A DNA stretch of 38,668 bases from Candidatus Infernicultor aquiphilus (GCA_001873345.1 MNYY01000004.1:1-38668); one strand, 5' to 3'. Positions 26,799 to 37,411 are shown, counted from the stretch's first letter. Translations and numbers: made by a program. The notes: generated by a model not told the origin, from the sequence alone.

Positions 26799-28337
26799 TT
26801 ACTTTTTTTTAGGAAATTTATTATTACGAACTGAACCAGTCATTAATAAGCCTAATTCTTTTTCATTTGTTTTTTTTGGATCTAAGATAGCTACTATTTC
26901 ACCTTCATATATTACAGCAATGAGATCAGATAGAGATAAAATCTCTTCTAAATCAGCCGAAACTAATAAAATAGCCTTTCCTTTATCTCTTTCATTTAAT
27001 ATTTGTTGATGTACAAATTCGGTAGAACCGACATCTAAACCTCGAGTTGGCTGAGCTGCTATTAGTAGTCTTGGTTCTCCGAATAATTCTCGAGCCACAA
27101 TTACTTTCTGCTGATTTCCTCCAGAAAGAGATTTTAATAAATTATTTCTATCAGAAGGTCTTATATCAAAATCTTTGATTAACTTAGCTGCATGATTATT
27201 GATGGCAGAAAAATTTAAGGTTAGACCTTTATTAAAAGGTGGACGGTAATTACTTCCTAAAATTAAATTTTCTGCCACGGAATAATTGGAAATAAATCCG
27301 CGCTGTCTTCTATCTTCTGGAATGTGGGCAATTTTTTGTTCCCTAATATCCCGAGGAGAATAATTAGTAATATCTTTATCATAAAGTTTAATTTTCCCTC
27401 CAGCAGCAAGGCGAAGTCCGCTAATAACTTCCACTAATTCAGTCTGTCCATTCCCTTCTACTCCGGCAAATCCTAAAATTTCCCCTTCTCTAACTTCAAA
27501 AGAAATTTCCTTTAAAGCAGGTAATTTTTTATTATTTAAAGCATTTAATTTATCAACTTTTAATACTGTTTTTCCAAAATTATGTTCTTTCTTATCAACT
27601 TCCAATAAAACCTTCCGACCAACCATCATACTGGCTATTTCCTCTTGGTTCGTATCTTTAGTATTTTTAACTCCTACTACTTTACCACGTCTCATTACTG
27701 TAATACGATCAGAAACAGCTTTGACTTCATTTAATTTATGAGTGATAAAGATAATTGTTTTTCCTTGCTTAATTAAAGATCTCAATATTTCAAATAGTTC
27801 TTCAACCTCTTGTGGGGTTAACACTGCTGTAGGTTCATCCATAATTAAAATTTCTGCTCCTCGATAAAGGATTTTAATTATCTCTACTCTTTGTTGAATA
27901 CCTACAGAAATATTTTCGATTTTTGCATGGGGGTCAATTTTAAAACCTATACTTTCAGATATTTCTTTGACTTTATTAGTTGCTCTTTCTAGATCTATAA
28001 AAATATTATTTTTTATAGGTTCCATACCTAAAATAATGTTTTCTGTAACACTCAAAGGTGGTACTAACATAAAATGCTGATGAACCATACCAATCTTTAA
28101 ATTGATGGCAACTTTTGGATTGGCTATATTAACTTTTTTCCCCTTTATAAATATTTGTCCAGAATCAGCTTGGTACAATCCATATAAAATACTCATTAAA
28201 GTTGTTTTTCCAGCACCATTTTCACCTACTAAAGCATGTATTTCTCCTTGGTATACAGCAAAATTAACTTTATCATTAGCAACTACCAGAGGAAATCTCT
28301 TGGTTATATCTTTCATTTCTAGGGTAATCTCAGGCAA
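26799..28337 (-). CDS. ABC transporter ATP-binding protein with two fused ABC domains
   Basis: Walker A GENGAGKTT, signature-like ISVGIQQRVEI and LSGGNQQK, and Walker B ILIMDEPT. Confidence 0.92.
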   Translation of the reverse strand: MPEITLEMKDITKRFPLVVANDKVNFAVYQGEIHALVGENGAGKTTLMSILYGLYQADSGQIFIKGKKVNIANPKVAINLKIGMVHQHFMLVPPLSVTENIILGMEPIKNNIFIDLERATNKVKEISESIGFKIDPHAKIENISVGIQQRVEIIKILYRGAEILIMDEPTAVLTPQEVEELFEILRSLIKQGKTIIFITHKLNEVKAVSDRITVMRRGKVVGVKNTKDTNQEEIASMMVGRKVLLEVDKKEHNFGKTVLKVDKLNALNNKKLPALKEISFEVREGEILGFAGVEGNGQTELVEVISGLRLAAGGKIKLYDKDITNYSPRDIREQKIAHIPEDRRQRGFISNYSVAENLILGSNYRPPFNKGLTLNFSAINNHAAKLIKDFDIRPSDRNNLLKSLSGGNQQKVIVARELFGEPRLLIAAQPTRGLDVGSTEFVHQQILNERDKGKAILLVSADLEEILSLSDLIAVIYEGEIVAILDPKKTNEKELGLLMTGSVRNNKFPKKK

Positions 28338-28363
28338 TTAATAAATCCTCCTTGAGCGATATA

Positions 28364-28414
28364 CCTCTAAATTTTTATATATTTAGAGGCATCCACTTAA
28401 TAATGAATGCCTCC
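28364..28414 (-). promoter_or_regulatory. Intercistronic overlapping stem-loops between the binding-protein and ATPase genes
   Basis: On the plus strand, CCTCTAAAT-ttttatat-ATTTAGAGG (28364-28389) and GAGGCAT-14 nt-ATGCCTC (28386-28413) share the GAGG/CCTC segment, so they are mutually exclusive. Confidence 0.5.
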
Positions 28415-28433
28415 AAATATATATTAGAATATA

Positions 28434-29486
28434 TTATTTGCTTACTTCGGTGGGAACAACAATTTCACCGCTTATGATCTTATCTTTTGCTTCTTCCACT
28501 TTAGCTTTCACTTCGGAAGTTATAAGATTTTCATTGTATTTGTCCAGGGCATAGTAAACACCATAGTATACATTATCTCCTATTTTAACACTTCTATCTA
28601 AGCCAAATACCTCCACCCCTCCTTTAAATGTTCCCTCAACTACTGATTTGATAGCTAAATATACAGAAACATCTACTTGTTTAAGCATACTGGTTAAGCC
28701 AAAACTTTCTTTTGTTTCCTCGATATAGCCCATATAATTCTGATTAGAGTCGACTCCAATTACATATCTTTTTCTCTCTTTGGCTGCTTCAAATACACCA
28801 GCTCCAGTTAGACCTGAAGCATGATAGACAACCCATGCGCCATTATCATATTGTGACAAAGCTAATTCTTTTCCTTTTACTGGATCAGCAAAGGCTTGTG
28901 GGGTATCACCGGCATAAGCGGAAAGTATTTTACATTCTGGATAGACATAATGGACACCAGCAATATAACCAGCTTCAAATCTATTAATAAGCGCTATATC
29001 CATTCCACCAACAAACCCAACCGTGTCTTTACCATCTTCTTTAGCTTTTAAACCAGCAATCATACCTACTAAAAAAGAACCATCCTGCTCACGAAAATTT
29101 AATGAAGAAACATTAGGTTTATCTGGGATAAATCCATCAACGATAGCAAATTTTGTATTAGGAAATTCATTAGCTACTGTAGAAATAGCATCGGTAAATA
29201 AAAATCCTACACCTATTATTAAATCATAACCCATCATGGCTAAGTTTCTAAGATTTACTTCTCTATCCGCATCTACTCCTGGCTCTAATTCGATACGTTT
29301 AATTCCAAAATCAGCTGCTGCCCATGATAAACCGCGGGATGCTGAATCATTAAATGATTTATCCCCTTTTCCACCAATATCAAACACCAAGCCAACCTTA
29401 AGTGGTTCTGCAGCAAAAAGTGTTGATGAAAGACATAAACCTAATATTATTACTAATATGACTACTACTGATAAATTTTTTTTCAT
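28434..29486 (-). CDS. BMP-family (PnrA/Med-like) substrate-binding lipoprotein
   Basis: Signal peptide with lipobox-like LGLCLSS. VGLVFDIGGKGDKSFNDSA and GFVGG are typical of BMP-family purine-nucleoside-binding proteins. Confidence 0.88.
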   Translation of the reverse strand: MKKNLSVVVILVIILGLCLSSTLFAAEPLKVGLVFDIGGKGDKSFNDSASRGLSWAAADFGIKRIELEPGVDADREVNLRNLAMMGYDLIIGVGFLFTDAISTVANEFPNTKFAIVDGFIPDKPNVSSLNFREQDGSFLVGMIAGLKAKEDGKDTVGFVGGMDIALINRFEAGYIAGVHYVYPECKILSAYAGDTPQAFADPVKGKELALSQYDNGAWVVYHASGLTGAGVFEAAKERKRYVIGVDSNQNYMGYIEETKESFGLTSMLKQVDVSVYLAIKSVVEGTFKGGVEVFGLDRSVKIGDNVYYGVYYALDKYNENLITSEVKAKVEEAKDKIISGEIVVPTEVSK

Positions 29487-29539
29487 TTCTGAAATCTCCT
29501 TTCATTTTTGAAAATACTTAAAATCCCAATTTTACCTTT

Positions 29540-29594
29540 ACCCTGTTAAATATTTCTATTTAATAGGGTTTATGCGGTCAAAAAAATAGTCCAT
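29540..29594 (-). promoter_or_regulatory. Candidate leader ORF (11 codons) overlapping a 13-bp hairpin upstream of the BMP ABC operon
   Basis: The minus strand reads AAGGAGGTGATAA-ATG GAC TAT TTT TTT GAC CGC ATA AAC CCT ATT AAA TAG (29594-29556). The hairpin ACCCTATTAAATA-gaaa-TATTTAACAGGGT (29569-29540) has 12 of 13 pairs, and the ORF stop codon lies in or next to its loop. Confidence 0.35.
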
Positions 29595-29715
29595 TTATCA
29601 CCTCCTTAGAAATGTATTTTCTCTTTAATTGTTTAAAATAGTTAGTTGTTTGTATCTTCTTAATATAATTAATACGACACTAGATTATTCTTTTCCTGCT
29701 TATAAATAAAAATAT

Positions 29716-31869
29716 TTATTGTTTCTCAAAATTATTAAGATATTCATCTTCAGATAGTAATATTTTTCGTGGATTTCGACCATCGTAAGGTCCAACAATT
29801 CCTCTTTCCTCCATTAAATCTATTAATCGAGCTGCTCGGGTATAACCAATTCGTAATTTTCTTTGTAAAATAGATATTGAAGCTTGTTTATTATTATTAA
29901 TAATCGATATAGCTTCATTGAACAATTCATCTTCTTCCTCTTCTTCCTCTTCTTCTGTCGCTATAAATAGATTTTTATTATTTTTAAATTCTAATACTTC
30001 TTGTTCATATTCAGGAGATTGACCATACTCTTTTAGATAGGATACTATATTTTTAATTTCTTTTTCGGTCACAAAAGCTCCTTGGGCTCTAATTGGTTTG
30101 GAAACACCAACTGGTGAAAATAACATATCACCATTACCTAATAATTTCTCAGCTCCATTAACATCTAATATAGTTCTTGAATCAACTTGAGTGGAAACCG
30201 CAAAAGCAATTCTGGAAGGAAAATTTATTTTTATTGAACCAGTAATAATATCTACAGAAGGACGTTGGGTAGCTATTATTAAATGTATCCCAGTTGCTCG
30301 AGTCATTTGAGCTAACCTACACAATACTTCTTCTGCTTTTACTGGAGAAGATAACATTAAATCAGCTAATTCATCGATTATTATTATAATATAAGGTAGA
30401 GCATTAATATCATTTTTTAGGTTTCTGGCATATTCATTATAACCTTCTAAATTTCTGACTCCAACTTCTGCAAAAATTTTAAATCTTTTTTCCATTTCGG
30501 AAATTACCCAGTTTAATACTTTAATAGCTTGATTTGTATCAGTAATAATAGGAATTAATAAATGCGGAATGCCATTGTAAATATTTAATTCCACTCTTTT
30601 TGGATCGATCATAATGAATTTTACTTTTTCCGGACTTAAATTATAGATAATACTTAATATTATATTATTGATGCATACACTTTTTCCTGAACCCGTTGCT
30701 CCCGCAATTAATAAATGAGGGAGTTCAATTAAATCTGCAATTATTGGTTTGCCTCCAATATCTATTCCCAAACCTATAAGCAATTTAAATTTACTATTTT
30801 TAAATTCATTGCTCTGCAATATTTCTTTTAAATAAACATTAATTCTTTTCTGATTAGGGACTTCAATACCTACAGCATTTTTGCCAGGAATTGGCGCTTC
30901 TATCCTTACCGAAGCTACTGCAAAAGCTAAAGCAATATCATTGCTTAAAATAGTTATTTTAGATATTTTGACTCCCGGAGCAGGATGGATTTCGTATCGA
31001 GTAACTGTTGGTCCTTGAATAACACCAACGACTTTTGCATCTATTCCAAAATTAGAAAAAGTACTTTCCAGTATTTTTATATTCTTCTCAATATTTAATT
31101 TAGTATCAATTTTTTCTTCAGAGTGCGGATCAGACAGTAAAGATAAAGGTGGAATTTGATATTTACTTATTTTTGATTCCGGGTAATCTTTATTAACAAT
31201 TATTTCCTCTTTTAATTTTAATTCATTTTCTTTTTTCTTTTCTTTAAAAATTTTTTTAGATACTTTATTTATTTTATATTCTTGATCATCAGTTACTTCT
31301 TTATATTTTGAACTTTTATAGATTTTTACTCCAATATTTTTCAGAAGATTATAAAAATTATGGGATATTATTTTTATACTTTTTATCAAATTACTAAATA
31401 TATAAAAATATGAAACTTCAGTTATAAATAAAGTAGATATTAAGCTGAGAGATATTAGAACCAGGTAAGCGCCTCTTGTTCCAAAGTAAAGGTATAATGA
31501 ATTGGCAAAATAATAACCCAATAAACCACCACCTGCTCCGTTTTTGGCTAATAGATAGGAGTGATCAAGCGATAATAACCTAAGATGAATAAAGACCAGA
31601 AATATTATAAATAAAAAACCAATACCGAAAAATTTATGATAAGGATTAGGTAGTTTAAAATCCAAAAGAATTACCATTCCCCCAAATAATAATAAGAAGG
31701 GGAAGATATAAGCACCAAGACCAATATTGCGAGTTGTGGTTTGAACCATTATTCTTCCTATAATTCCCATTTTATCGGTAAAGATAAAAGCTAAAATATA
31801 TAATAAGGAAAATGAAATAATAAATATACTTATAGTCTCATTTTTTGTATTTTTCTTTTTCATTTTCAA
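29716..31869 (-). CDS. ftsK: DNA translocase FtsK/SpoIIIE
   Basis: N-terminal TM helices, a K/E linker, Walker A GATGSGKS, Walker B IIIIDELADL and a C-terminal gamma domain (ISILQRKLRIGYTRAARLIDLME). Confidence 0.93.
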   Translation of the reverse strand: MKMKKKNTKNETISIFIISFSLLYILAFIFTDKMGIIGRIMVQTTTRNIGLGAYIFPFLLLFGGMVILLDFKLPNPYHKFFGIGFLFIIFLVFIHLRLLSLDHSYLLAKNGAGGGLLGYYFANSLYLYFGTRGAYLVLISLSLISTLFITEVSYFYIFSNLIKSIKIISHNFYNLLKNIGVKIYKSSKYKEVTDDQEYKINKVSKKIFKEKKKENELKLKEEIIVNKDYPESKISKYQIPPLSLLSDPHSEEKIDTKLNIEKNIKILESTFSNFGIDAKVVGVIQGPTVTRYEIHPAPGVKISKITILSNDIALAFAVASVRIEAPIPGKNAVGIEVPNQKRINVYLKEILQSNEFKNSKFKLLIGLGIDIGGKPIIADLIELPHLLIAGATGSGKSVCINNIILSIIYNLSPEKVKFIMIDPKRVELNIYNGIPHLLIPIITDTNQAIKVLNWVISEMEKRFKIFAEVGVRNLEGYNEYARNLKNDINALPYIIIIIDELADLMLSSPVKAEEVLCRLAQMTRATGIHLIIATQRPSVDIITGSIKINFPSRIAFAVSTQVDSRTILDVNGAEKLLGNGDMLFSPVGVSKPIRAQGAFVTEKEIKNIVSYLKEYGQSPEYEQEVLEFKNNKNLFIATEEEEEEEEDELFNEAISIINNNKQASISILQRKLRIGYTRAARLIDLMEERGIVGPYDGRNPRKILLSEDEYLNNFEKQ

Positions 31870-31873
31870 TTTA

Positions 31874-32701
31874 TTAATATCCTTTCGATAAAGTTATCCA
31901 AATTGTGAAAATAGATAAAATCCAAAGATAATATGAAAAAAAGTATAGCTTACGATTTTTTAATAACCTTATGAATACTTTCATAGCTCCATAACTGGAT
32001 ATCGATGCAACTAATCCAGATAATATTAAATTATAAAAATTTATATTCCAAGATAATAATTCTCTTACTTTAAAAATTGTAGCGCCTAAAATTATGGGTA
32101 TAGATAATATAAAGGAATATTTTGCAGCAAACTCTCGATCTAAATTACGATATAATCCAGCAAAAACAGTTAAACCAGATCTCGAAATTCCTGGGATAAT
32201 AGCAACAGCTTGAGCTAATCCTATAAAAATAGCATCTTGATAAGTAATTTTGGAAATATTTTTACTACCACCAGTATAATTTTTATTACCAATCCAAAGT
32301 ATAGCTCCGGTAATAATTAACATAAAGGAAACTATTATAGGTTTATTAAAAAGTATTTCAAAATAAGAATTAAGAGTATATCCAATAATTGCTGCTGGTA
32401 TAGTGCTAATTATTAAAAACCAGGCAAATTTTGAATAAGAATTACTTTTTAAAATACTAGACAAATTTTCTCCTTCTAATATTTTATAAATGCTGTTAAA
32501 AAAAGAAATTAATAATTCCTTTATCTCTTTTCTAAAAAGAACTATTACTGCTAACATCGTTCCAAAATGTAAAAATACTTCAAAAGCAACACCAGTTAAA
32601 TTTAATTTTAAAAAATATTTTAAGATTACTAAATGCCCAGAACTACTTACCGGAAAAAATTCAGTTAATCCTTGAATTAATCCTAACCATATTAATGACA
32701 T
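31874..32701 (-). CDS. uppP: Undecaprenyl-diphosphate phosphatase
   Basis: GLTEFFPVSSSGHL and PGISRSG motifs in a 275-aa polytopic membrane protein. Confidence 0.92.
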   Translation of the reverse strand: MSLIWLGLIQGLTEFFPVSSSGHLVILKYFLKLNLTGVAFEVFLHFGTMLAVIVLFRKEIKELLISFFNSIYKILEGENLSSILKSNSYSKFAWFLIISTIPAAIIGYTLNSYFEILFNKPIIVSFMLIITGAILWIGNKNYTGGSKNISKITYQDAIFIGLAQAVAIIPGISRSGLTVFAGLYRNLDREFAAKYSFILSIPIILGATIFKVRELLSWNINFYNLILSGLVASISSYGAMKVFIRLLKNRKLYFFSYYLWILSIFTIWITLSKGY

Positions 32702-32709
32702 ATATTCAC

Positions 32710-34323
32710 CTAATTTTTAGATAGTTCATCTATTACCATTAAACAAATATTATTAGCATGATCTCCAATTCTTTCTAAATTACTGATTACGTCTAAATAA
32801 ATAACTCCAGATTCGGGATAACAAATACCCTGATTTAACCTATTGATATGACTATCGCGAAGTCCTTTTTCTATTTTATCAATTTCATCTTCCTTTAAAG
32901 CTACTTCTCGAGCTAAATCTATATTCCTGTTTTTTAATGCAGAGATTGATATATTAAAAGAAGATTCTACTTTTGTAAACATAAATTTAAGTTCATCTAA
33001 TGCTTTTTCACTAAAAGGTAATTTTTCATTTATTTTTTCTTCAGCTAATTCAGCTAAATCTTCAGAAATATCCCCTACCCTTTCTATATTATTGGTTATA
33101 TTCATTAAGTCCTTTAAAATTTCTGATTGTTCGATACTTAGAGATTCCTGAGCTATTAATACTAAATATTTGGTAATTTCTTTTTCTAAAGTATTTACTA
33201 CTCCTTCTTTTAAATATAAATTTTTTAAGATATTGATATCATTTTGTATAAAAGATATCATTACATCACTTAACATACTTTCTACCATTTCTCCCATTCT
33301 AACTAATTCTTTAATTGCTTGACCTAAAGCTATAGATGGAGTATTTACTATATCTTTGTTTAGATAGATGGGACCTTTTTTAAGTACAATCTCTTCTCCG
33401 GGTAAAATTTTAACAATAAATCTAACAAATAAATTAATAAAGGGAAGTAAAATTATAGCGTTAAAGACATTAAAAAGTGTATGGGCATTAGCAATTTGCC
33501 TTGGAATACTTGACGAGGTTAATGATACTAAATAGGTAAATTTATTTAAAAAGAATAGAAATAAGACAACACCACCAATATTAAAAAATAGATGGGACAA
33601 CGCCACTCTTTTCCCCGTTATTGAACTTCCTATACTTGCTATTACTGCAGTAAAACAAGTTCCGATATTGGCTCCTAGTATTAATGGAATGGCCGCTTCT
33701 ATTCCAATTATGCCTTGGATAGACATAGCAATTATGAGTGCGGTAGTAGCGCTACTACTTTGAATTATAGCTGTAAAAATTAAAGCTGTTATGATCCCCA
33801 ATAGAGGGTTATTTGACATATTTTCTATCAGTTTTAAAAATGGAGTATAATTTCTTAGAGGTTTTGCAGTATCAGATATAATTGATATGCCTAAAAACAA
33901 TATTCCAAAACCAAGTAATATTTGGCCAAAATATTTATAACTTCTTCTTTTAGATAAAAAATTAAAGATAAAGCCAATACCAATTGCTGGAAGAGCATAT
34001 TTTTCTAAACGAAAAGATACAATTTGAGCAGTTATCGTAGTCCCTATATTTGCTCCTATTATTACGCTTATAGCTTGTTTTAAGCTTAATAAACCAGCAT
34101 TAACTAGTCCAATTGTTATAACACTTGTAGCACTACTACTTTGAATGATGGAAGTTATTAAAGTACCGGTTGCAACTCCTATTATGGGTTTATTGGTTAA
34201 TAATTCTAAAATTTTAGGTAACTTATCACCAGTACTTTTTTGTAAACCCTCACTGAGCAATTGCATTCCATATAAAAATAACCCCAAACCTCCAACCATA
34301 CCAAAGATTAGTTCAATGGTCAT
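32710..34323 (-). CDS. Na/Pi cotransporter family protein (NptA-type membrane domain plus PhoU-like C-terminal repeats)
   Basis: Duplicated QSSSAT motifs (IIQSSSATSV and IIQSSSATTA) and a C-terminal helical PhoU-like region with ERVGD/ERIGDH. Confidence 0.88.
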   Translation of the reverse strand: MTIELIFGMVGGLGLFLYGMQLLSEGLQKSTGDKLPKILELLTNKPIIGVATGTLITSIIQSSSATSVITIGLVNAGLLSLKQAISVIIGANIGTTITAQIVSFRLEKYALPAIGIGFIFNFLSKRRSYKYFGQILLGFGILFLGISIISDTAKPLRNYTPFLKLIENMSNNPLLGIITALIFTAIIQSSSATTALIIAMSIQGIIGIEAAIPLILGANIGTCFTAVIASIGSSITGKRVALSHLFFNIGGVVLFLFFLNKFTYLVSLTSSSIPRQIANAHTLFNVFNAIILLPFINLFVRFIVKILPGEEIVLKKGPIYLNKDIVNTPSIALGQAIKELVRMGEMVESMLSDVMISFIQNDINILKNLYLKEGVVNTLEKEITKYLVLIAQESLSIEQSEILKDLMNITNNIERVGDISEDLAELAEEKINEKLPFSEKALDELKFMFTKVESSFNISISALKNRNIDLAREVALKEDEIDKIEKGLRDSHINRLNQGICYPESGVIYLDVISNLERIGDHANNICLMVIDELSKN

Positions 34324-34352
34324 TAAATACCTCCGTTTAGATGAATAAAAAA

Positions 34353-34826
34353 TTATATTATTTTTGAATTTTTTATACCACTATGTCCAAAACCACCTTC
34401 TCCCCTTTTTGTTTTATTTAAGATTTTTACCAGTTTAAAATTTGGAAAAAATACTTTTTGGAATACTAATTGAGCTATTCTATCTCCTCGATGTATAATA
34501 AATTTTTCTTCACCTAAATTAATTAATATTACTTTTACGATACCTCTATAATCTGAATCAACAGTACCAGGGCTATTTAAAATGGTTATTCCATATTTAA
34601 GGGCTAATCCACTTCGAGGTCTTATTTGGCCTTCATAACCTTTGGGGATCATAATTTTAATTCCAGTAGAAATTAATATTATTTTACCTGGCTTTAATAC
34701 AATATCTGAAGTTTCTGCAGATACTAAATCAACACCAGATGAAAATTCACTTGTGGGGATAGGTAAAGGTATATCATCGCATCCTTTTACTTTTTTTATT
34801 TTTATTTCTATTTTATTATTTCCCAT
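34353..34826 (-). CDS. dut: dUTP diphosphatase
   Basis: Motifs GVDL, RPRSGLA, GTVDSDYRG, DRIAQL and RGEGGFGHSG. Confidence 0.93.
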   Translation of the reverse strand: MGNNKIEIKIKKVKGCDDIPLPIPTSEFSSGVDLVSAETSDIVLKPGKIILISTGIKIMIPKGYEGQIRPRSGLALKYGITILNSPGTVDSDYRGIVKVILINLGEEKFIIHRGDRIAQLVFQKVFFPNFKLVKILNKTKRGEGGFGHSGIKNSKII

Positions 34827-34865
34827 AATTGTAAATTAATTATCTTTCTATTTATCTGCAAAGTA

Positions 34866-37007
34866 TCAATCATAATTTTCATTATGATCAATACTTTCAT
34901 TTTCTATAATGCTGTTTTCCTCAATATCTACTTTTCTTAAATCAATTCTACCTTGATTATCAATTCCAATAACCTTAACTAATATATCATCATTAACTTT
35001 AACTATGTCCTCAACTTTTACTACATGTTTATGAGATAATTTAGAAATATGAACTAATCCTTCTTTACCTGGTAAAATCTCCACAAAAGCTCCAAAATTT
35101 GTAGTTCTGGTTACCTTCCCTTTATACGTATCTCCTACTTTAGCTTCTTTTGTTAGACTTTCAATCATTTTTTTAGCTTGTTTTATTGAATTTTCATTAA
35201 TTGAAGAAATATATATTTCACCATCTTCTTTAATATCAATAGTAGCCCCAGTAACTTCTATAATTTTTTTAATATTCTTTCCACTAGGACCTATCACAAT
35301 TCCTATTTTATTAGTATCTATCTTTAAAATAACTATTTTTGGAGCATAGATAGATAAGTCTTTCTTTGGTTCAGAAATTACTTCATTCATCTGGTTAAGA
35401 ATAAATAATCTGGCTTTTTTTGATTTTTGCAAAATGTCAAATAATGTATTTTTAGAAATGCCGGCAATTTTCAAATCCATCTGAATAGCAGTAATTCCCT
35501 GGCTACTCCCAGCAGCTTTAAAATCCATATCTCCATAGTGATCTTCCAAACCCAAAATATCGGTTAATATTTCTATTTTTTCATTTTCTTTTACTAGTCC
35601 CATAGCAATTCCAGCTATAGGCCTTTTTATGGGCACCCCTGCATCCATTAAAGATAAACTTCCTCCGCAAACAGTAGCCATAGAAGAAGAACCATTTGAT
35701 TCTAAAATTTCAGAAACAACACGAATAGTATAAGGAAATTCAACTTCTAAAGGTATCAAAGATTTTAAGGCTTTTTCTGCTAATGAACCATGGCCAATCT
35801 CTCTTCTTGATTGGCCTCTTCTGGGTCTTACCTCGCCAACGCTAAAGGGTGGAAAGTTGTAATGCAGATAAAATCTTTCTGAAGAATCTTCTTCTAAGGT
35901 ATCAATGAATTGTCTATCTTTAAAAGTCCCCAAAGTAGTAATAACCAGGGCTTGAGTTTGTCCTCTGGTAAATAAAGCACTTCCATGAACTCTAGGGAGT
36001 ATTCCTATTTCACAACTAATAGGTCGTATATCGTCAAATTGTCTTCCATCTACTCTTCTTTTTTCTTTAATTATTAAATTACGAATAATTTCTCTACAAA
36101 TATCATCATAAATATTCTTTAAGAAATAAATATCATCATCTTCGATAGATAATTTTTCCATAATCTTATTTAATATCTTCTTTAATAAATTATCTCTCTC
36201 TTTTTTTTCAATTATGCAAGTGGCTTCTTTAATTTCAGGTTCATAAAGGTTTTTAATTAACTTATAATATTTATCTTTTTTTTCGGTAATTTCTGAAAAA
36301 TTATACTCCTTTTTTGTATTTGATTTTCCCAAAATATTTACTAATTTTTCTTGGCTTTCTACAATTATTTTTATGGCTTCCTGAGCGATATCAATTGCTT
36401 TTAATATTATTTCTTCCGAGACTTCACAGGCCTTTCCTTCCATCATCATAATAGAATCTTTTGTTCCAGCAATAATCAAGTCTAATTCACTATTTTCTAA
36501 TTCTTGAGAAGTGGGATTTACTACCAATTCATTTTCTATTAATCCAATCCTTACTGCTCCTATGGGATGTTGAAAAGGAATATTTGATATCCATAGAGCT
36601 GCCGAAGCTCCAATAATAGCTAGAACATCCGGTAAATTTTTTTGATCATAGGAAAGAACAGTAACAATAATCTGAACATCATTCATATATTCTTTAGGAA
36701 ATAAAGGCCGTAACGGGCGATCAATGAGTCGAGAAGTTAATATGGCATTATTACTCGGTCTACCTTCTCTTTTGAAAAAGCCACCAGGTATTTTGCCAGC
36801 AGCATAAAATTTTTCCTCATAATCCACCAATAAAGGAAGGAAGTCTATTCCTTCACGCGGTTCATCAGAAGCAACTACAGTCGCCAATACTGTAGTTTCT
36901 TCGCATCTCACGACTACTGAACCTGTTGACTGTTTAGCTATTTTACCAGTTTCAATCTTAATTATCTTATTACCTAAATTTATTTCAATTTCCTTTGTTC
37001 CTAACAT
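34866..37007 (-). CDS. pnp: Polyribonucleotide nucleotidyltransferase (PNPase)
   Basis: 713 aa with two RNase PH domains, a KH domain (IGPSGKNIKKI) and an S1 domain (GDTYKGKVTRTTNFGAFVEILPGKEGLVHIS). Confidence 0.97.
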   Translation of the reverse strand: MLGTKEIEINLGNKIIKIETGKIAKQSTGSVVVRCEETTVLATVVASDEPREGIDFLPLLVDYEEKFYAAGKIPGGFFKREGRPSNNAILTSRLIDRPLRPLFPKEYMNDVQIIVTVLSYDQKNLPDVLAIIGASAALWISNIPFQHPIGAVRIGLIENELVVNPTSQELENSELDLIIAGTKDSIMMMEGKACEVSEEIILKAIDIAQEAIKIIVESQEKLVNILGKSNTKKEYNFSEITEKKDKYYKLIKNLYEPEIKEATCIIEKKERDNLLKKILNKIMEKLSIEDDDIYFLKNIYDDICREIIRNLIIKEKRRVDGRQFDDIRPISCEIGILPRVHGSALFTRGQTQALVITTLGTFKDRQFIDTLEEDSSERFYLHYNFPPFSVGEVRPRRGQSRREIGHGSLAEKALKSLIPLEVEFPYTIRVVSEILESNGSSSMATVCGGSLSLMDAGVPIKRPIAGIAMGLVKENEKIEILTDILGLEDHYGDMDFKAAGSSQGITAIQMDLKIAGISKNTLFDILQKSKKARLFILNQMNEVISEPKKDLSIYAPKIVILKIDTNKIGIVIGPSGKNIKKIIEVTGATIDIKEDGEIYISSINENSIKQAKKMIESLTKEAKVGDTYKGKVTRTTNFGAFVEILPGKEGLVHISKLSHKHVVKVEDIVKVNDDILVKVIGIDNQGRIDLRKVDIEENSIIENESIDHNENYD

Positions 37008-37076
37008 TAAAATAATTATTTCCTCCTTATTATTTGAAATTTAATATTGTTCATTATATATAAAATATTTTATTTA

Positions 37077-37346
37077 TTATTTTCTTAAATTGAGTGATTC
37101 GATAACATTTCGGTATTTATTAATATCTTTATCTTTAATATAATTTAACAATCTTCTTCTTTTACTAACCATCTTTAATAAACCTTGCTTGGAATGAAAA
37201 TCTTTTTTGTTCTTTATTAAATGTTCGGTAAGATCATTTATATTTTTGGTCAATAAAGCAATTTGAACTTCGGGTGACCCGGTATCAGTAGTATGGTGCT
37301 GATATTTTTTTATTATTTCTTCCTTTTCTTCTTTAACGAAAACCAT
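37077..37346 (-). CDS. rpsO: 30S ribosomal protein S15
   Basis: 89 aa with [16 protein letters not shown]........D.HS..GLL.MV..RR.LL.YL. Confidence 0.95.
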   Translation of the reverse strand: MVFVKEEKEEIIKKYQHHTTDTGSPEVQIALLTKNINDLTEHLIKNKKDFHSKQGLLKMVSKRRRLLNYIKDKDINKYRNVIESLNLRK

Positions 37347-37411
37347 GTCATTATCTCCTTTTTATTTTTTATTCAAGTATAATCTTATTGGTAAATATTA
37401 TATCTTAATAT

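Noticed and set aside
29929-29957. GAA/GAG trinucleotide-rich repeat encoding the poly-Glu run (EEEEEEEEDE) in FtsK
   Set aside because: It lies in the variable linker before the gamma domain. Acidic low-complexity linkers are common in FtsK, and nothing suggests a separate feature.
37008-37076. An RNase III-type regulatory hairpin expected between rpsO and pnp
   Set aside because: I could find no convincing stem in the 69-nt AT-rich spacer, so no feature is called.
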